Source: an uncultured Candidatus Rokubacteria bacterium
Lineage (GTDB): Bacteria; Methylomirabilota; Methylomirabilia; Rokubacteriales; CSP1-6
Direction of reading: 5' to 3'
DNA: 64,000 nucleotides
NCBI GenBank assembly: GCA_963771355.1
Contig: CAVYTA010000005.1
Span: 640,001 to 704,000, forward strand
In this document: piece after piece, positions 24,081 through 33,864 of the stretch
Layout of the letters: each line of letters opens with the position of its first letter
Position numbering within the stretch: the stretch's first letter is position 1
Made by a program: the position numbers and the translations under genes
The notes under the pieces: generated by a model
Databases searched by the model: none
Seen by the model: the letters and a program-made list of their open reading frames with translations, nothing else
Told to the model about the DNA's origin: nothing

Positions 24081-24893
24081 GTGCTGCCGTCCGGGGTGCG
24101 CCTGCACTGGCGCGCGGCCGGCGATCCCTCCCGGCCTCCGCTGGTGTGGATCCACGGGGGCTCGGTCGAGGATTCCTCCGTGATGCTGCCCGACGTGGAG
24201 CCGTTCCTCCACCGCATCTACGCGCTCCTCCCGGACACACGCGGTCACGGACGGTCGCAGCGCTTCGAGCGGCCCGAGGACTATGGCTACGGCGCCAAGG
24301 CGGCGGACCTGGTGGCCTGGCTGGACACCCTCGGGGTCCCCGCCGCCGTCTTCGGCGGCGCCTCCATGGGCGCGGCGCTTTCGCTGTGGTTGGCGGTGCA
24401 CCATGCCCCGCGCGTGCGAGGGGTCGTCTCGATCAGCGGACCGCCCTATGCGCCGCCGGAGGCGGATCGACGCTGGTGGGCCGCCCACCGGCCCCTGGTG
24501 GCCGCAGGCCGCTTCGACGAGTACTTCGACGCCAACGTGCGGCTGCGCATGGGCGAGGGGGCCCTGGCCCGGCTCAAGGCGCGTCCCGAGCGCTACGCCG
24601 AGCTGCTGGAGAGCCTGCGGCGACACTCGGTGGCCTCGCTCCTCGCGCTCCTCGACGAGACCTACTCGCGACCGGAGTGGCTGGCCGACTGCGCGGGCAT
24701 CCGCTGCCCGGTGCAGATCGTGGCCGGCGAGCGCGACCACTTTCCCACCGTGGAGATGTCCCGCCGCTTGGCCGAGACGATTCCCGGCGCCCGCCTGCAC
24801 GTGGTGGCGGAGGGGCCGCACTTTCCCAACCGCAGTCACCGGGCCGAAGTGCAGCAGGTGATGGACACGTTCCTGTCCTCGCTCGGCATCTGA
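24081..24893 (+). CDS. Alpha/beta hydrolase
   Basis: WIHGG, DTRGHGRS, GASMG nucleophile elbow, GERD, GPH. Confidence 0.85.
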   Translation: MLPSGVRLHWRAAGDPSRPPLVWIHGGSVEDSSVMLPDVEPFLHRIYALLPDTRGHGRSQRFERPEDYGYGAKAADLVAWLDTLGVPAAVFGGASMGAALSLWLAVHHAPRVRGVVSISGPPYAPPEADRRWWAAHRPLVAAGRFDEYFDANVRLRMGEGALARLKARPERYAELLESLRRHSVASLLALLDETYSRPEWLADCAGIRCPVQIVAGERDHFPTVEMSRRLAETIPGARLHVVAEGPHFPNRSHRAEVQQVMDTFLSSLGI

Positions 24894-25056
24894 CCCCCCC
24901 GGAATTCCCTCCCGACCGCGCGTGCTATCCTGAGGTGCCTTCCAAGAGACTTCAGGGTTGACGCCGTGGCGTCGAGCCTCATGGCATCTGGCGTGTTTGC
25001 AGTTCGGTCATGACGGCTCGGCGTGAGTATGCGGGTTGTCGACGGAAAGCCGGCGC

Positions 25057-25236
25057 ATGGTCGTCGAACGGCAGGACGAAAAGGATACCCGCCTCATCCA
25101 GTGTGAGTGGTGCAAGCTCAAGATCGCCCATCAGGACGGCCGCTACAACGTGGGCGACCTGAGTTACCACCCGGAGTGCTACGCGCGGATGCGGAAGGGG
25201 GACGTGCGCCCTCCGTTCGGTAGCATGCCTCGGTGA
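25057..25236 (+). CDS. Small protein with a CxxC-x18-HxxC zinc-finger (LIM-like half)
   Basis: CEWC-x18-HPEC; stop overlaps the next gene (GTGA). Start could be 25036. Confidence 0.6.
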   Translation: MVVERQDEKDTRLIQCEWCKLKIAHQDGRYNVGDLSYHPECYARMRKGDVRPPFGSMPR

Positions 25237-25532
25237 CCCGGCGCGGCCGGCTCGCCCGCTGGGAGACCTGGGTCACGGTCGGCGGTGTGCTCGTGCTCGC
25301 GCTCGTCGGCGTGGACATCGCGCTCTTCGAGCGGAACCGGGGCGTCCAGGCCGAGCTCGCCGCGCGCCAGCAGTTCATCCAGCAGACGGGGCAGCTCGAG
25401 ACGCTGCAGCGCGAGCTGATCAACGCCATCGCAAGCCTCGCGGCGCGCGACAACGACGACGCCCTGCGCGCCATCCTGACCGACCATGGGATCACGCCCG
25501 GCCCGGCGCCGCGGACGCCGGGGCGGCCATGA
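25233..25532 (+). CDS. Small single-TM coiled-coil protein
   Basis: TM segment VTVGGVLVLALVGVDIALF, heptad-like region, C-terminal HGIT plus Pro tail. Confidence 0.7.
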   Translation: MTRRGRLARWETWVTVGGVLVLALVGVDIALFERNRGVQAELAARQQFIQQTGQLETLQRELINAIASLAARDNDDALRAILTDHGITPGPAPRTPGRP

Positions 25533-25924
25533 GGGACGAGCCGCTCGACGACGCCCCCGCGGAGCCGTCGGGCCCGCGCGTCGCGATCAGTCCCTGGCCG
25601 CTCCTGGCGTTGCTGGTGGTGGGCCTCCTCGCCTGGTTCGGCGAGCAGGCCTGGCACCTCCAGCGGGAATACCGCAGCTTCGTCCAGATCCGGGCGAGCT
25701 CGGAGGCCCCCCTCGAGCAGGCCCGGAAGCGCCGCGCCCAGCTCGAGTCGATCATGCGGCGCACCTTCGAGCTGGCCCAGACGGGGAATCCTCGGGCGAC
25801 CCTCATCCTGCAGGAGCTGGCCCGGCGCGGCGTGACGATCAACCCCGCCCCCGGGGCGGGGACCACTCCCGGCGCGCCCGCGCCGTCCCCTCACGCTCCG
25901 GCGGCGCCGGCTCCCACGAAGTAG
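25529..25924 (+). CDS. Small single-TM coiled-coil protein
   Basis: ATGA overlap; TM WPLLALLVVGLLAWFG, coiled region, RGVTINP plus Pro-rich tail. Confidence 0.7.
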   Translation: MRDEPLDDAPAEPSGPRVAISPWPLLALLVVGLLAWFGEQAWHLQREYRSFVQIRASSEAPLEQARKRRAQLESIMRRTFELAQTGNPRATLILQELARRGVTINPAPGAGTTPGAPAPSPHAPAAPAPTK

Positions 25925-25934
25925 CGCGGTCCGT

Positions 25935-26924
25935 TCAGCGGGCCGGGAAGTGGGGCACGATCTCCTCGGCGATGCGGTCCAGCTGCTCCAGGTCGTAGTC
26001 GAGCGGCGCCAGCACGAGGTACTCGATGCCCGTCCGCTCGAGATCGCCGATGCGATCCACGATCTCCGCGGTGCTCCCCATGAAATAGGACTCCTGCAGC
26101 TGGTCGAAGGATCGGTGCGTCCCCATCACGCGCTCGAAGCGCGGGCGCTGGGCGGCCAGCGCGGCGGCGCGATCCCGCGCGTCCACCAGGTGCACGAAGT
26201 TGATGTGGCCGTACCGGAGGGTGGCGGGATCCCGGCCCTGGGCGGCGAGATGCGTCCGCACCGCCTCGACGTCCGCCTTGACCATGGCCTGGGTGCCGGC
26301 GGCGCGGGCGAGCCAGCCGTCGGCCCCGGCGATGCGCCGCAACACCGCGGGGTCGAGATAGGTCTTGTCGGGGGACAGCGCGGTCCGCACCTTGCCGCCC
26401 CCGCCCACCCAGACCTCCGGCATGCGCGGCAGCAGCGGCTCCATGGTGAGCCCGCGGAAGCGATAGTACTGGCCCTCGAAGCTCACGTCGCGCTCGGTGA
26501 GGAGGCGGCGCGTGGCGGCCAGGATCTCGTCGGTGCGAGGCCCGCGCTCCGCGAGCGGAATCGCGAGCGACTCGTACTCGCGCGCGTCCCACCCGGAGGC
26601 CACGCCCAGGACCACGCGGCCGCCCGAGAGGTGATGCAGGCTCTGGATCTCGCGCGCCAGCGTCACCGGGTGATGGTAGGGGAGCACGAGGACGCCGGTG
26701 GCAAGGCGGATGCGCGTGGTGACGGCCGCGACATGCGAGAGGCAGAGGAGCGGCGACATCCAGACCGCGCCGTAGAGGCCGGGCGCCACCAGGAAGTGCT
26801 CGCACACCCAGAGGGCGTCGAAGCCGAGCGCTTCCGCCTTCCTGGCAAAGTCGCGCATGCGCCCGGCCTTCTCGAAATCGAGGTCGGGCCAGGCGTAGGT
26901 GGGGAGGTAGAGGGCGAAGCGCAT
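25935..26924 (-). CDS. LLM-class flavin-dependent oxidoreductase
   Basis: Starts MRFALYLP; AEALGFDALWVCEH, TTRIRLATGV, LSGGRVVLG, WVGG. Confidence 0.9.
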   Translation of the reverse strand: MRFALYLPTYAWPDLDFEKAGRMRDFARKAEALGFDALWVCEHFLVAPGLYGAVWMSPLLCLSHVAAVTTRIRLATGVLVLPYHHPVTLAREIQSLHHLSGGRVVLGVASGWDAREYESLAIPLAERGPRTDEILAATRRLLTERDVSFEGQYYRFRGLTMEPLLPRMPEVWVGGGGKVRTALSPDKTYLDPAVLRRIAGADGWLARAAGTQAMVKADVEAVRTHLAAQGRDPATLRYGHINFVHLVDARDRAAALAAQRPRFERVMGTHRSFDQLQESYFMGSTAEIVDRIGDLERTGIEYLVLAPLDYDLEQLDRIAEEIVPHFPAR

Positions 26925-26934
26925 GCGCGGGGGA

Positions 26935-29214
26935 TCAGCCGCGAACGGCGCGCGGGCCGAAGGCGGCCTCGATGGCCGCGCGCACCCTCGACGGGGTGAC
27001 CGGCAGCGCAGTGACGCGCACGTCGAGGTCGCGGAGCGCGTCGCACACCGCGTTGGCGATCGCGGCGCCCAGGCCGGGATTGCCGCACTCGCCGACCCCG
27101 CGGAGGCCCAGCGGGTTGGTGTGGGCGGGGATCTCCTGGTAGAACGCCTCGATCGCGGGGACGTCGGTGAAGAGCGGCAGGGCATAGTCGAGCAAGGTGC
27201 CGGTGAGGAGCTGGCCCTCCGCGTCGTACTCGAGCGACTCCAGCATGGCGTTGCCGATCCCGAAGGCGGCGCCGCCCGCGAGCTGGGCCTCGATGAGGGC
27301 AGGATTGACCGCGCGGCCCACGTCGGCTCCCAGCACTACCCGGCGCACCCGCACCACGCCGGTGGCCTCGTCCACCTCCACCACCACCGCGACGCCGCCG
27401 CCCGCATAGGTGAGCTTGGGCACGCTGAAGGACGCGCCGGCGGCGAGCGGGCCGGCGGCGGCCAGCTCGGCGAGGCTGACCCGGCGCCCGCGCGCCGAGC
27501 ACGCCCCCGCGGAATAGGTGACCTCGTCCGCGGACACGCCGAGCAGGGTGGCGGCGCGGCCGCGCGCGTCCTCCTGGAGCTTGTCCGCCGCCATCTGTGC
27601 GGCATTGCCGGCGGTGACGGTGCCCCGCGAGCCGTAGGTGCCCACGCCGCTCTCGATGGCGGCGGTGTCAGGATGCCGCACGTCGAAGCGGTCGGCGGGG
27701 AGGCCGAGCGCGGAGCCCAGGATCTGGGCCAGCGCCGTCTCGAGTCCGGGCCCCATGGAGGAGGCGCCGGTGTCCACGCGGAAGCGGCCGTCCGGTCGCG
27801 CCTCCACGCGCGCGGTCTCGAAGGGCCCGAGGCCCGTCTTCTCCACGTACATGGCGAGCCCGATGCCCAGCCGCACCCCGCGCGCCGCCGCCGCCCGCTG
27901 CTCGGCCCGCGCGCCCGCGTAGTCCAGACGCTCGAGCAGACGCTCGAACAGGGCGGGGAAGTCCCCGGAGTCGTACACGGTCTTCACGCCGAAGGAGACG
28001 GTGCCGCAATCCCACGGCATCTCGTCGGCCCGGACGAGGTTCCGGCGGCGGATGGCGACGGGATCGAGGCCCAGCCGCGCCGCCGCCGCGTCGAGTAGCC
28101 GCTCGCGCGCGAAGTTGCACTCGGGACGGCCGGGAGAGCGCAGCGTGCCCACCGGCGTCTTGTTGGTGACCACGCTCCAGAGGTCGCAGGCATAGTCGGG
28201 CATGCGGTAGGGGCCGGGCAGCAGCGCGGCGCCGAACTCCGCCGGCACCAGCGCCGCGGTGCGCACGTAGGCCCCGATGTCGGCGCGGATCACCGCGCGC
28301 ACGCCGCGGATCGTCCCGTCGCGGTCGAAGCCCATCTCCAGCTCGTACACCGTCTCGCGGGCGTGATTGGCGGCCATGAGGTTCTCGCGCCGCTCCTCGA
28401 TCCAGCGGACGGGCCGGCCGCACGCGAGCGCAGCGAGCGGGACCAGGATGTCCTCCGGGTAGAGCTCGCCCCGCACCCCGAAGCCGCCGCCCACGTCCAC
28501 CTCGGTGAGGCGCAGGGCGCCCGGCGGCAGGCCGAAGATGGGCGCGAGGATACCGCGATTGATGTGGATGCACTTGGTGGAGCCGATGAGGTGCAGCTCG
28601 CCGCCGCTCGCGGCGGGCGGCACCGCCACCAGCCCGCGCGTCTCCAGCGCGGCGGCCGTCTGCCGCGGATGCGCGAACCGCTCGCGGAGCACCAGCGCGG
28701 CGGCGGCCAGCGCGGCGTCGGCGTCGCCCACTCGCATGCCGATCACGGCCACGTTGTTGGAGTCGGTACCGGGAAAGAGCCGGGGCGCTCCCGGGGCCAG
28801 CGCGGCCTCCACCGAGGCCATCACGGGAAGGGGCGCATACTCCACCTCGATCTGGTCGAGGGCGTCCTCGGCGATGTAGCGGGAGTCCGCGACCACCAGG
28901 GCTACCGGCTCGCCGACATACCGCACCACGCCCCGGGCGATGGCCGGCTGGAGATAGCGCGGCGCCCCTTCGGGGACCGGCACCCGGTTGGGAATGATGG
29001 CGCTCGCGGGCACGTCGTCGGCGGTGAGGACGGCCCGCACGCCGGGCATCGACCGGGCGCGCCGCGCATCCACTCGGACGATGCGCGCGTGCGCGTGACG
29101 CGAGCGCAGCACCACCGCCTCGAGCATGCCCTCCGCGCGCACGTCGGCCACGAAGCGGCCGTGGCCGGTGAGGAAGGGCTCGGCGCCCAGCCGTGCGAGG
29201 GCGGCGCCGATCAT
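26935..29214 (-). CDS. Xanthine dehydrogenase/CoxL-family molybdopterin-binding subunit (no adjacent S/M subunits)
   Basis: LTGHGRFVAD, RSRHAHARI, VRYVGEPVA, DVGGGFG, LRSPGRPE, SMGPGLET, GTYGSRG, GTLLDY, GLRGVGE. Confidence 0.9.
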   Translation of the reverse strand: MIGAALARLGAEPFLTGHGRFVADVRAEGMLEAVVLRSRHAHARIVRVDARRARSMPGVRAVLTADDVPASAIIPNRVPVPEGAPRYLQPAIARGVVRYVGEPVALVVADSRYIAEDALDQIEVEYAPLPVMASVEAALAPGAPRLFPGTDSNNVAVIGMRVGDADAALAAAALVLRERFAHPRQTAAALETRGLVAVPPAASGGELHLIGSTKCIHINRGILAPIFGLPPGALRLTEVDVGGGFGVRGELYPEDILVPLAALACGRPVRWIEERRENLMAANHARETVYELEMGFDRDGTIRGVRAVIRADIGAYVRTAALVPAEFGAALLPGPYRMPDYACDLWSVVTNKTPVGTLRSPGRPECNFARERLLDAAAARLGLDPVAIRRRNLVRADEMPWDCGTVSFGVKTVYDSGDFPALFERLLERLDYAGARAEQRAAAARGVRLGIGLAMYVEKTGLGPFETARVEARPDGRFRVDTGASSMGPGLETALAQILGSALGLPADRFDVRHPDTAAIESGVGTYGSRGTVTAGNAAQMAADKLQEDARGRAATLLGVSADEVTYSAGACSARGRRVSLAELAAAGPLAAGASFSVPKLTYAGGGVAVVVEVDEATGVVRVRRVVLGADVGRAVNPALIEAQLAGGAAFGIGNAMLESLEYDAEGQLLTGTLLDYALPLFTDVPAIEAFYQEIPAHTNPLGLRGVGECGNPGLGAAIANAVCDALRDLDVRVTALPVTPSRVRAAIEAAFGPRAVRG

Positions 29215-29478
29215 GCCCGGCGCGCCGGGACCACCGGAGGCAAGGACGTCACCGGCGGATGATAGCCTCTGCCCGGGGAGCGGGCAACGCCCCCGCGGCC
29301 GGTTCGGGATTGCGAAACGCGAGGGGTGGAGGTCGCGTAAGCGCGCGGCGTGCCTTGACAAATCGGAGACCGGTTGTTACCAATGGCTCCCACGGGGGAC
29401 GCGCCATGACCCTCTTCACTATGCGGATATTCATCGGTTCCACCAAGGCGTCCCGCGTCCGCCGGATGGAGTAGCCGC

Positions 29479-30654
29479 GTGTTTCCGCTCCCCCCGCTGG
29501 GCCCGGAGCAGCGGGGCCTCGTCGACGCGGTGTCCGCTCTCTCCCGCGAGCGGTTCGCCGGCCGGGCCGCCCGGTACGACAGCGCCGCCGCGTTCCCCAC
29601 GGAGAACTACGCGGACCTCCACCAGGCGGGCCTGCTGGGCCTGGTGGTGCCGCGCGAGTACGGCGGGCGCGGCGCGGACCCGCTCACCTACGCGGTCTGC
29701 CTCCTCGAGATCGCCCGCGGCTGTGGCGCCACCGCGCTGACGTTCAACATGCACTCGAACGTGCTGACCTTCATCGACGCGCTGGGCACGCCCGCGCAGA
29801 AGCGTCACTACTTCGGCGAGGTGGTGGAGCGGGGCCGGCTGTTCGCCTCCATCACCAGCGAGCCGGAGTCGTCCTTCCGCGACAAGTTCGTGCTCCAGAC
29901 GGTGTTCCGGCCCGCGGAGGGTGGCTATCACGTGAGCGGGCTCAAGCACTTCTGCTCGCTGGGCGACGCCGCCGACTATTATTTCCTCTCCGGCGTCCTC
30001 GAGGGCAGCGCCAGCGCGCGCGACGGCCTCCTCTCCGCGGTGATCAACCGCGGGGATCCCGGCGTCAAGGTCGAGGGGACCTGGAACGCGATGGGGATGC
30101 GGGGGACCATCAGCCACTCGATCCGCTACGAGACCTTCGTGGGCGCGGACCAGGTGATCGGGGGGCCGGCCGGGCTCCTGGACATCGATCTCTCCGGCTT
30201 CGCCCTGGGCTATGCCGCGACCTACCTCGGCATCGGCGAGGCCGCCTTCGACTTCATCCTCGAGTTCGCGCGCACCAAGACCTTCAAGCCGTCCCCGCTG
30301 CCGCTCTCGCACCATCCGCTCACCCAGCGCACGCTCGCCGAGATGGGAACGGCCATCCGGGCCGCGCGCCTGCTCCTCTGGGAGGCGGCGCAGATCAAGG
30401 CCACCGGCGACCGCGCCGCCGCCACCCTGGCGGTGAGCCAGGCCAAGTATCTGGGCGCGGAGACGGGCGCGCGCGTGACCACCGAGGCCATCCGCCTCGC
30501 GGGCGGGCGCGGTATCCTCCGGGAGCTGCCCCTGGAGCGCTGGCACCGGGACTCCATGGCGGGTCCCGTGATGCCGCCCTCCAACGATCGCTGTCTGGAA
30601 ACCGTGGGCAAGGCCCTGTGCGGGCTGGAGGCGAGGTCGCTCGAATTCGAGTAG
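29479..30654 (+). CDS. Acyl-CoA dehydrogenase-family flavoprotein (YdbM/DszC-like branch)
   Basis: VPREYGG, ALTFNMHS, ITSEP, SGLKHFCS, WNAMGMRGT, LERWHRD. Confidence 0.85.
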   Translation: MFPLPPLGPEQRGLVDAVSALSRERFAGRAARYDSAAAFPTENYADLHQAGLLGLVVPREYGGRGADPLTYAVCLLEIARGCGATALTFNMHSNVLTFIDALGTPAQKRHYFGEVVERGRLFASITSEPESSFRDKFVLQTVFRPAEGGYHVSGLKHFCSLGDAADYYFLSGVLEGSASARDGLLSAVINRGDPGVKVEGTWNAMGMRGTISHSIRYETFVGADQVIGGPAGLLDIDLSGFALGYAATYLGIGEAAFDFILEFARTKTFKPSPLPLSHHPLTQRTLAEMGTAIRAARLLLWEAAQIKATGDRAAATLAVSQAKYLGAETGARVTTEAIRLAGGRGILRELPLERWHRDSMAGPVMPPSNDRCLETVGKALCGLEARSLEFE

Positions 30655-30703
30655 CGGTCCCCATCGAAGGCTCACTCAACCACTAGTTCAAGGAGGCAAG
30701 ACG

Positions 30704-31939
30704 ATGGCGCCGATTACACGTCGCAAGTTCCTGGCCGGGACGGGCGTTGCCGCGGGCGCGGTGGCGGCCCAGGGTTGGTTCCCCGCGGTGCTGCGGGCCC
30801 AGACGGACCCCCTCCGCATCGGCTGTCCGCTGCCGCTGACCGGGCCCTTCGCGGCCCTCGCCGCGGACATGCAGCGGGGCGCCCAGCTCGCGCAGGACGA
30901 GCTGAACGGGAAGGGCGGCATCATGGGCCGCAAGGTGGAGGTGCTCTTCCGCGACGACCAGCTCAAGCCGGCGGTGGGCGCCCAGCGCACCAAGGAGCTG
31001 ATCGAGAACGAGAAGGTGCAGTTCATCGTGGGCGGACTCGCCGCGCACGTGCAGATGGCGATCAATGAGCAGACGAAGAAGTCCAACGTGCTGTTCATCT
31101 CCACCAGCCAGTCCGACGAGATCAGCGCCAAGCCCGACACCAGCCCCATCACCTTCCACGAGGCGCTCAATCCCACCATTACTTCCAGAGTGATGGGGAA
31201 ATGGACGTGCGACAACCTCGGCAAGAAGTGGTGGATCATCTACGCCGACTACGCCTGGGGCAAGCAGAACAACCAGGTGTTGCAGGACACGCTGAAGGCG
31301 AACGGCGGGACGCTGCTCGGCTCGACGCCGTACCCGCTGGGCAGCGCGGAGTTCTCGGCGCACCTCCCCAAGATCCAGGCCGCCAAGCCCGACGTGCTCA
31401 TGTCGGTCACGCCCGGCGCCGACAACATCGCCTTCCTCAAGCAGGCGCGCAGCTTCGGCATGGACAAGCAGATGAAGCTCGCCCAGCCGCTGCTGTGGAT
31501 CGCGTACCTGAAGGAAGGCGGCCCCGAGCTCTACCAGGACGTACACGGGGCGCTGAACTGGTACTGGGAGCTCCAGGAGAGCATTCCCACCGCCAAGAAG
31601 TTCGTGGAAGCGTCCATGAAGAAGTTCAACATGCCGCCCGGTGACTACGGCGCGTACTCGTACTCGGGCGTGATGGAAGTCGCGCGGGGCGTCGAGCTGG
31701 CCAAGTCCACCAACGCGGAGACGGTGGCCAACGCGCTGCGGAAGAGCCCCACCTACGATCACTTCAAGGGCAAGCAGTGGTGGCGGGCCTGCGACAACAA
31801 GTCCTTCCAGGATATGTGGATCATGAAGGGGCGCGGCCCCGGCAAGACCAAGGGGGAGTGGGGACTGGCCGACATCGTGGCCAAGGTGGCCGCCGACGAG
31901 AAGTACGACCGCACCTGCGCCGAGAAGGGCCACGCCTAG
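30704..31939 (+). CDS. Liv/HAAT-family ABC substrate-binding protein, Tat-exported
   Basis: TRRKFL twin-arginine signal; PLTGPFA, GGIMGRKVE, ADYAWG; AAGGAGG RBS. Confidence 0.9.
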   Translation: MAPITRRKFLAGTGVAAGAVAAQGWFPAVLRAQTDPLRIGCPLPLTGPFAALAADMQRGAQLAQDELNGKGGIMGRKVEVLFRDDQLKPAVGAQRTKELIENEKVQFIVGGLAAHVQMAINEQTKKSNVLFISTSQSDEISAKPDTSPITFHEALNPTITSRVMGKWTCDNLGKKWWIIYADYAWGKQNNQVLQDTLKANGGTLLGSTPYPLGSAEFSAHLPKIQAAKPDVLMSVTPGADNIAFLKQARSFGMDKQMKLAQPLLWIAYLKEGGPELYQDVHGALNWYWELQESIPTAKKFVEASMKKFNMPPGDYGAYSYSGVMEVARGVELAKSTNAETVANALRKSPTYDHFKGKQWWRACDNKSFQDMWIMKGRGPGKTKGEWGLADIVAKVAADEKYDRTCAEKGHA

Positions 31940-31959
31940 CGGCGGAGCCCACCCGCGCC

Positions 31960-32844
31960 ATGGGTGATCTTTCGCTCGCCGCCGTCCTGCCCCAGATCTT
32001 CACCGGGCTGGTGCTGGGGATGATCTTCGTGCTGCTCGCCATCGGTCTGTCGCTCATCTTCGGGCTGATGACGGTGGTGAACTTCTCCCACGGCGCGCTG
32101 TACATGCTCGGCGCCTACTTCACCGTGTTCGTGCTCACCTACACCAAGAGCTTCTGGCTGGCCCTGGTGGTGGCGCCGATCATCGTCGGGACGCTCGGGC
32201 TCCTCGTGGAGCGCTTCCTCATCCGGAGGCTCTACGGCCGGAGCCCGGACGACCCGCTGCTGCTCACGTTCGGACTCTCGCTCGTGCTCATCGAGACCGC
32301 CAAGCTCATCTGGGGGAAGGTCGGGCTCACCCTCGATCCCCCCCGGGAGCTGAGCGGCGCGGTGAACCTGGGCTTCATGGCCTTTCCCGCCTATCGCCTC
32401 TTCGTCATCGGCGTGACGGTGGCCGTGCTCATCGGCCTCTGGGCCTTCGTCACTCGCACCAATGTCGGCCTCATCATCCGGGCCGGCTCGCGCGACCCCC
32501 TCATGGTCCGCGCGCTCGGCATCAACCTCAACCGCATCTGGCTGCTCGTCTTCGGGATCGGCTGCGGGCTGGCCGGCCTGGCGGGCGCGCTGGCCGGGCC
32601 CATGCGCGGCGCCTATGCCGAGATGGGCGTGACCATGGTCATCGAGTCCTTCGTGGTGGTGGTGGTGGGCGGCATGGGCAGTCTCCTCGGCGCGGTGGTG
32701 GCGGGCATCATGATCGGGCAGGTGGTGGGCATCACCACCTTCTTCGCGCCCAAGCTCGCCGAGATCATGGTCTTCGTGGTGATGGCGGTGGTCCTCCTCA
32801 TCCGGCCCAGCGGGATCTTCGGCGAGGCCGGGCTGGCGGAGTGA
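31960..32844 (+). CDS. Liv-family ABC permease (LivH-like)
   Basis: GLSLIFG, VNFSHGALYMLG, GLIIRA, VVVGGMGS, RPSG. Confidence 0.9.
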   Translation: MGDLSLAAVLPQIFTGLVLGMIFVLLAIGLSLIFGLMTVVNFSHGALYMLGAYFTVFVLTYTKSFWLALVVAPIIVGTLGLLVERFLIRRLYGRSPDDPLLLTFGLSLVLIETAKLIWGKVGLTLDPPRELSGAVNLGFMAFPAYRLFVIGVTVAVLIGLWAFVTRTNVGLIIRAGSRDPLMVRALGINLNRIWLLVFGIGCGLAGLAGALAGPMRGAYAEMGVTMVIESFVVVVVGGMGSLLGAVVAGIMIGQVVGITTFFAPKLAEIMVFVVMAVVLLIRPSGIFGEAGLAE

Positions 32845-33863
32845 GCATGCGCATCTTCGCGCCCCTCGTGGCCGCGGTGGGCCGCCATCCCGTCCTCGCC
32901 TTCGCCGTCTTCTTCGCGGCCTTTCCATTCCTCGTGCCCTACAAGGCCCTCGCCGCGCAGGTGCTGATCTTCGGGCTCCTCGCCCTGGGCTTCAACCTGC
33001 TCTATGGCTACACCGGCCTCTTGTCGTTCGGCCACGCCGCCTACTACGGGCTGGGCGCGTACGGCACCGGCATTCTCCTCGCCAAGGTCAAGGTGGGGTC
33101 GTTGTGGCTGGGTCTGGCCGGCGGCCCGCTGCTGGCCATGCTGGGGGGCGCCGTCATCGGCTTCTTCTGTCTCCGCCGGCGGGGCATCTACTTCGCCATG
33201 CTCACGCTGGCCTTCTCGCAGCTCCTCTACTTCATCGCCTTCCACCTCGCGGACGTGACGGGGGGCGACGACGGGCTGCGGGGGATCCCGCTCCTGCCGC
33301 TCAACCTCTTCGGCTGGACCTTCAAGCTCGACGGCACCCTCGCCTTCTACTACTTCGCCTACGCGCTCGTCGTCCTCGCGGTGGCCGGGCTCAAGCGCAT
33401 CCTCGACTCCCCCTTCGGCACCGTGCTCCAGGCCATCCGCGAGAACAGCGACCGCGCCGCCGCCTGCGGCTACGACGTCAACCGCATCCGGCACCTGTCC
33501 TTCGTCTTCTCCGCGATGTTCGCCGGCCTCGCGGGCGGGCTCGACGCCCTCCGGCTCGCGGTGGTGCCGGTGGAGTCGCTGTACTGGACCACCTCGGGGC
33601 AGATCGTCATCATGACGCTCCTGGGCGGCGCCGGGACCTTCTTCGGTCCCTTCGTGGGCGCCGGCACCTATCTCGTCCTCGAGGACCGGCTGGCCGTCTA
33701 CACCGAGTCGTGGCCGCTGGTCATCGGCCTCATCTTCATGGCGTTCGTTCTCTTCCTGCCCAAGGGAGTCTGGGGCACGCTGGTCGGACGCCTGCCCGTC
33801 ACACCCCGCGCGCCGGTGGCCTCTGCGCCCGCCGCCGCCCCATCCCCCGCACGGAGGATCTGA
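32841..33863 (+). CDS. Liv-family ABC permease (LivM-like)
   Basis: GYTGLLSFGHA, IYFAMLTLA, TGGDDG, SPFG..AIREN, GGAGTFFGP. Confidence 0.9.
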   Translation: MSMRIFAPLVAAVGRHPVLAFAVFFAAFPFLVPYKALAAQVLIFGLLALGFNLLYGYTGLLSFGHAAYYGLGAYGTGILLAKVKVGSLWLGLAGGPLLAMLGGAVIGFFCLRRRGIYFAMLTLAFSQLLYFIAFHLADVTGGDDGLRGIPLLPLNLFGWTFKLDGTLAFYYFAYALVVLAVAGLKRILDSPFGTVLQAIRENSDRAAACGYDVNRIRHLSFVFSAMFAGLAGGLDALRLAVVPVESLYWTTSGQIVIMTLLGGAGTFFGPFVGAGTYLVLEDRLAVYTESWPLVIGLIFMAFVLFLPKGVWGTLVGRLPVTPRAPVASAPAAAPSPARRI

Positions 33864-33864
33864 C

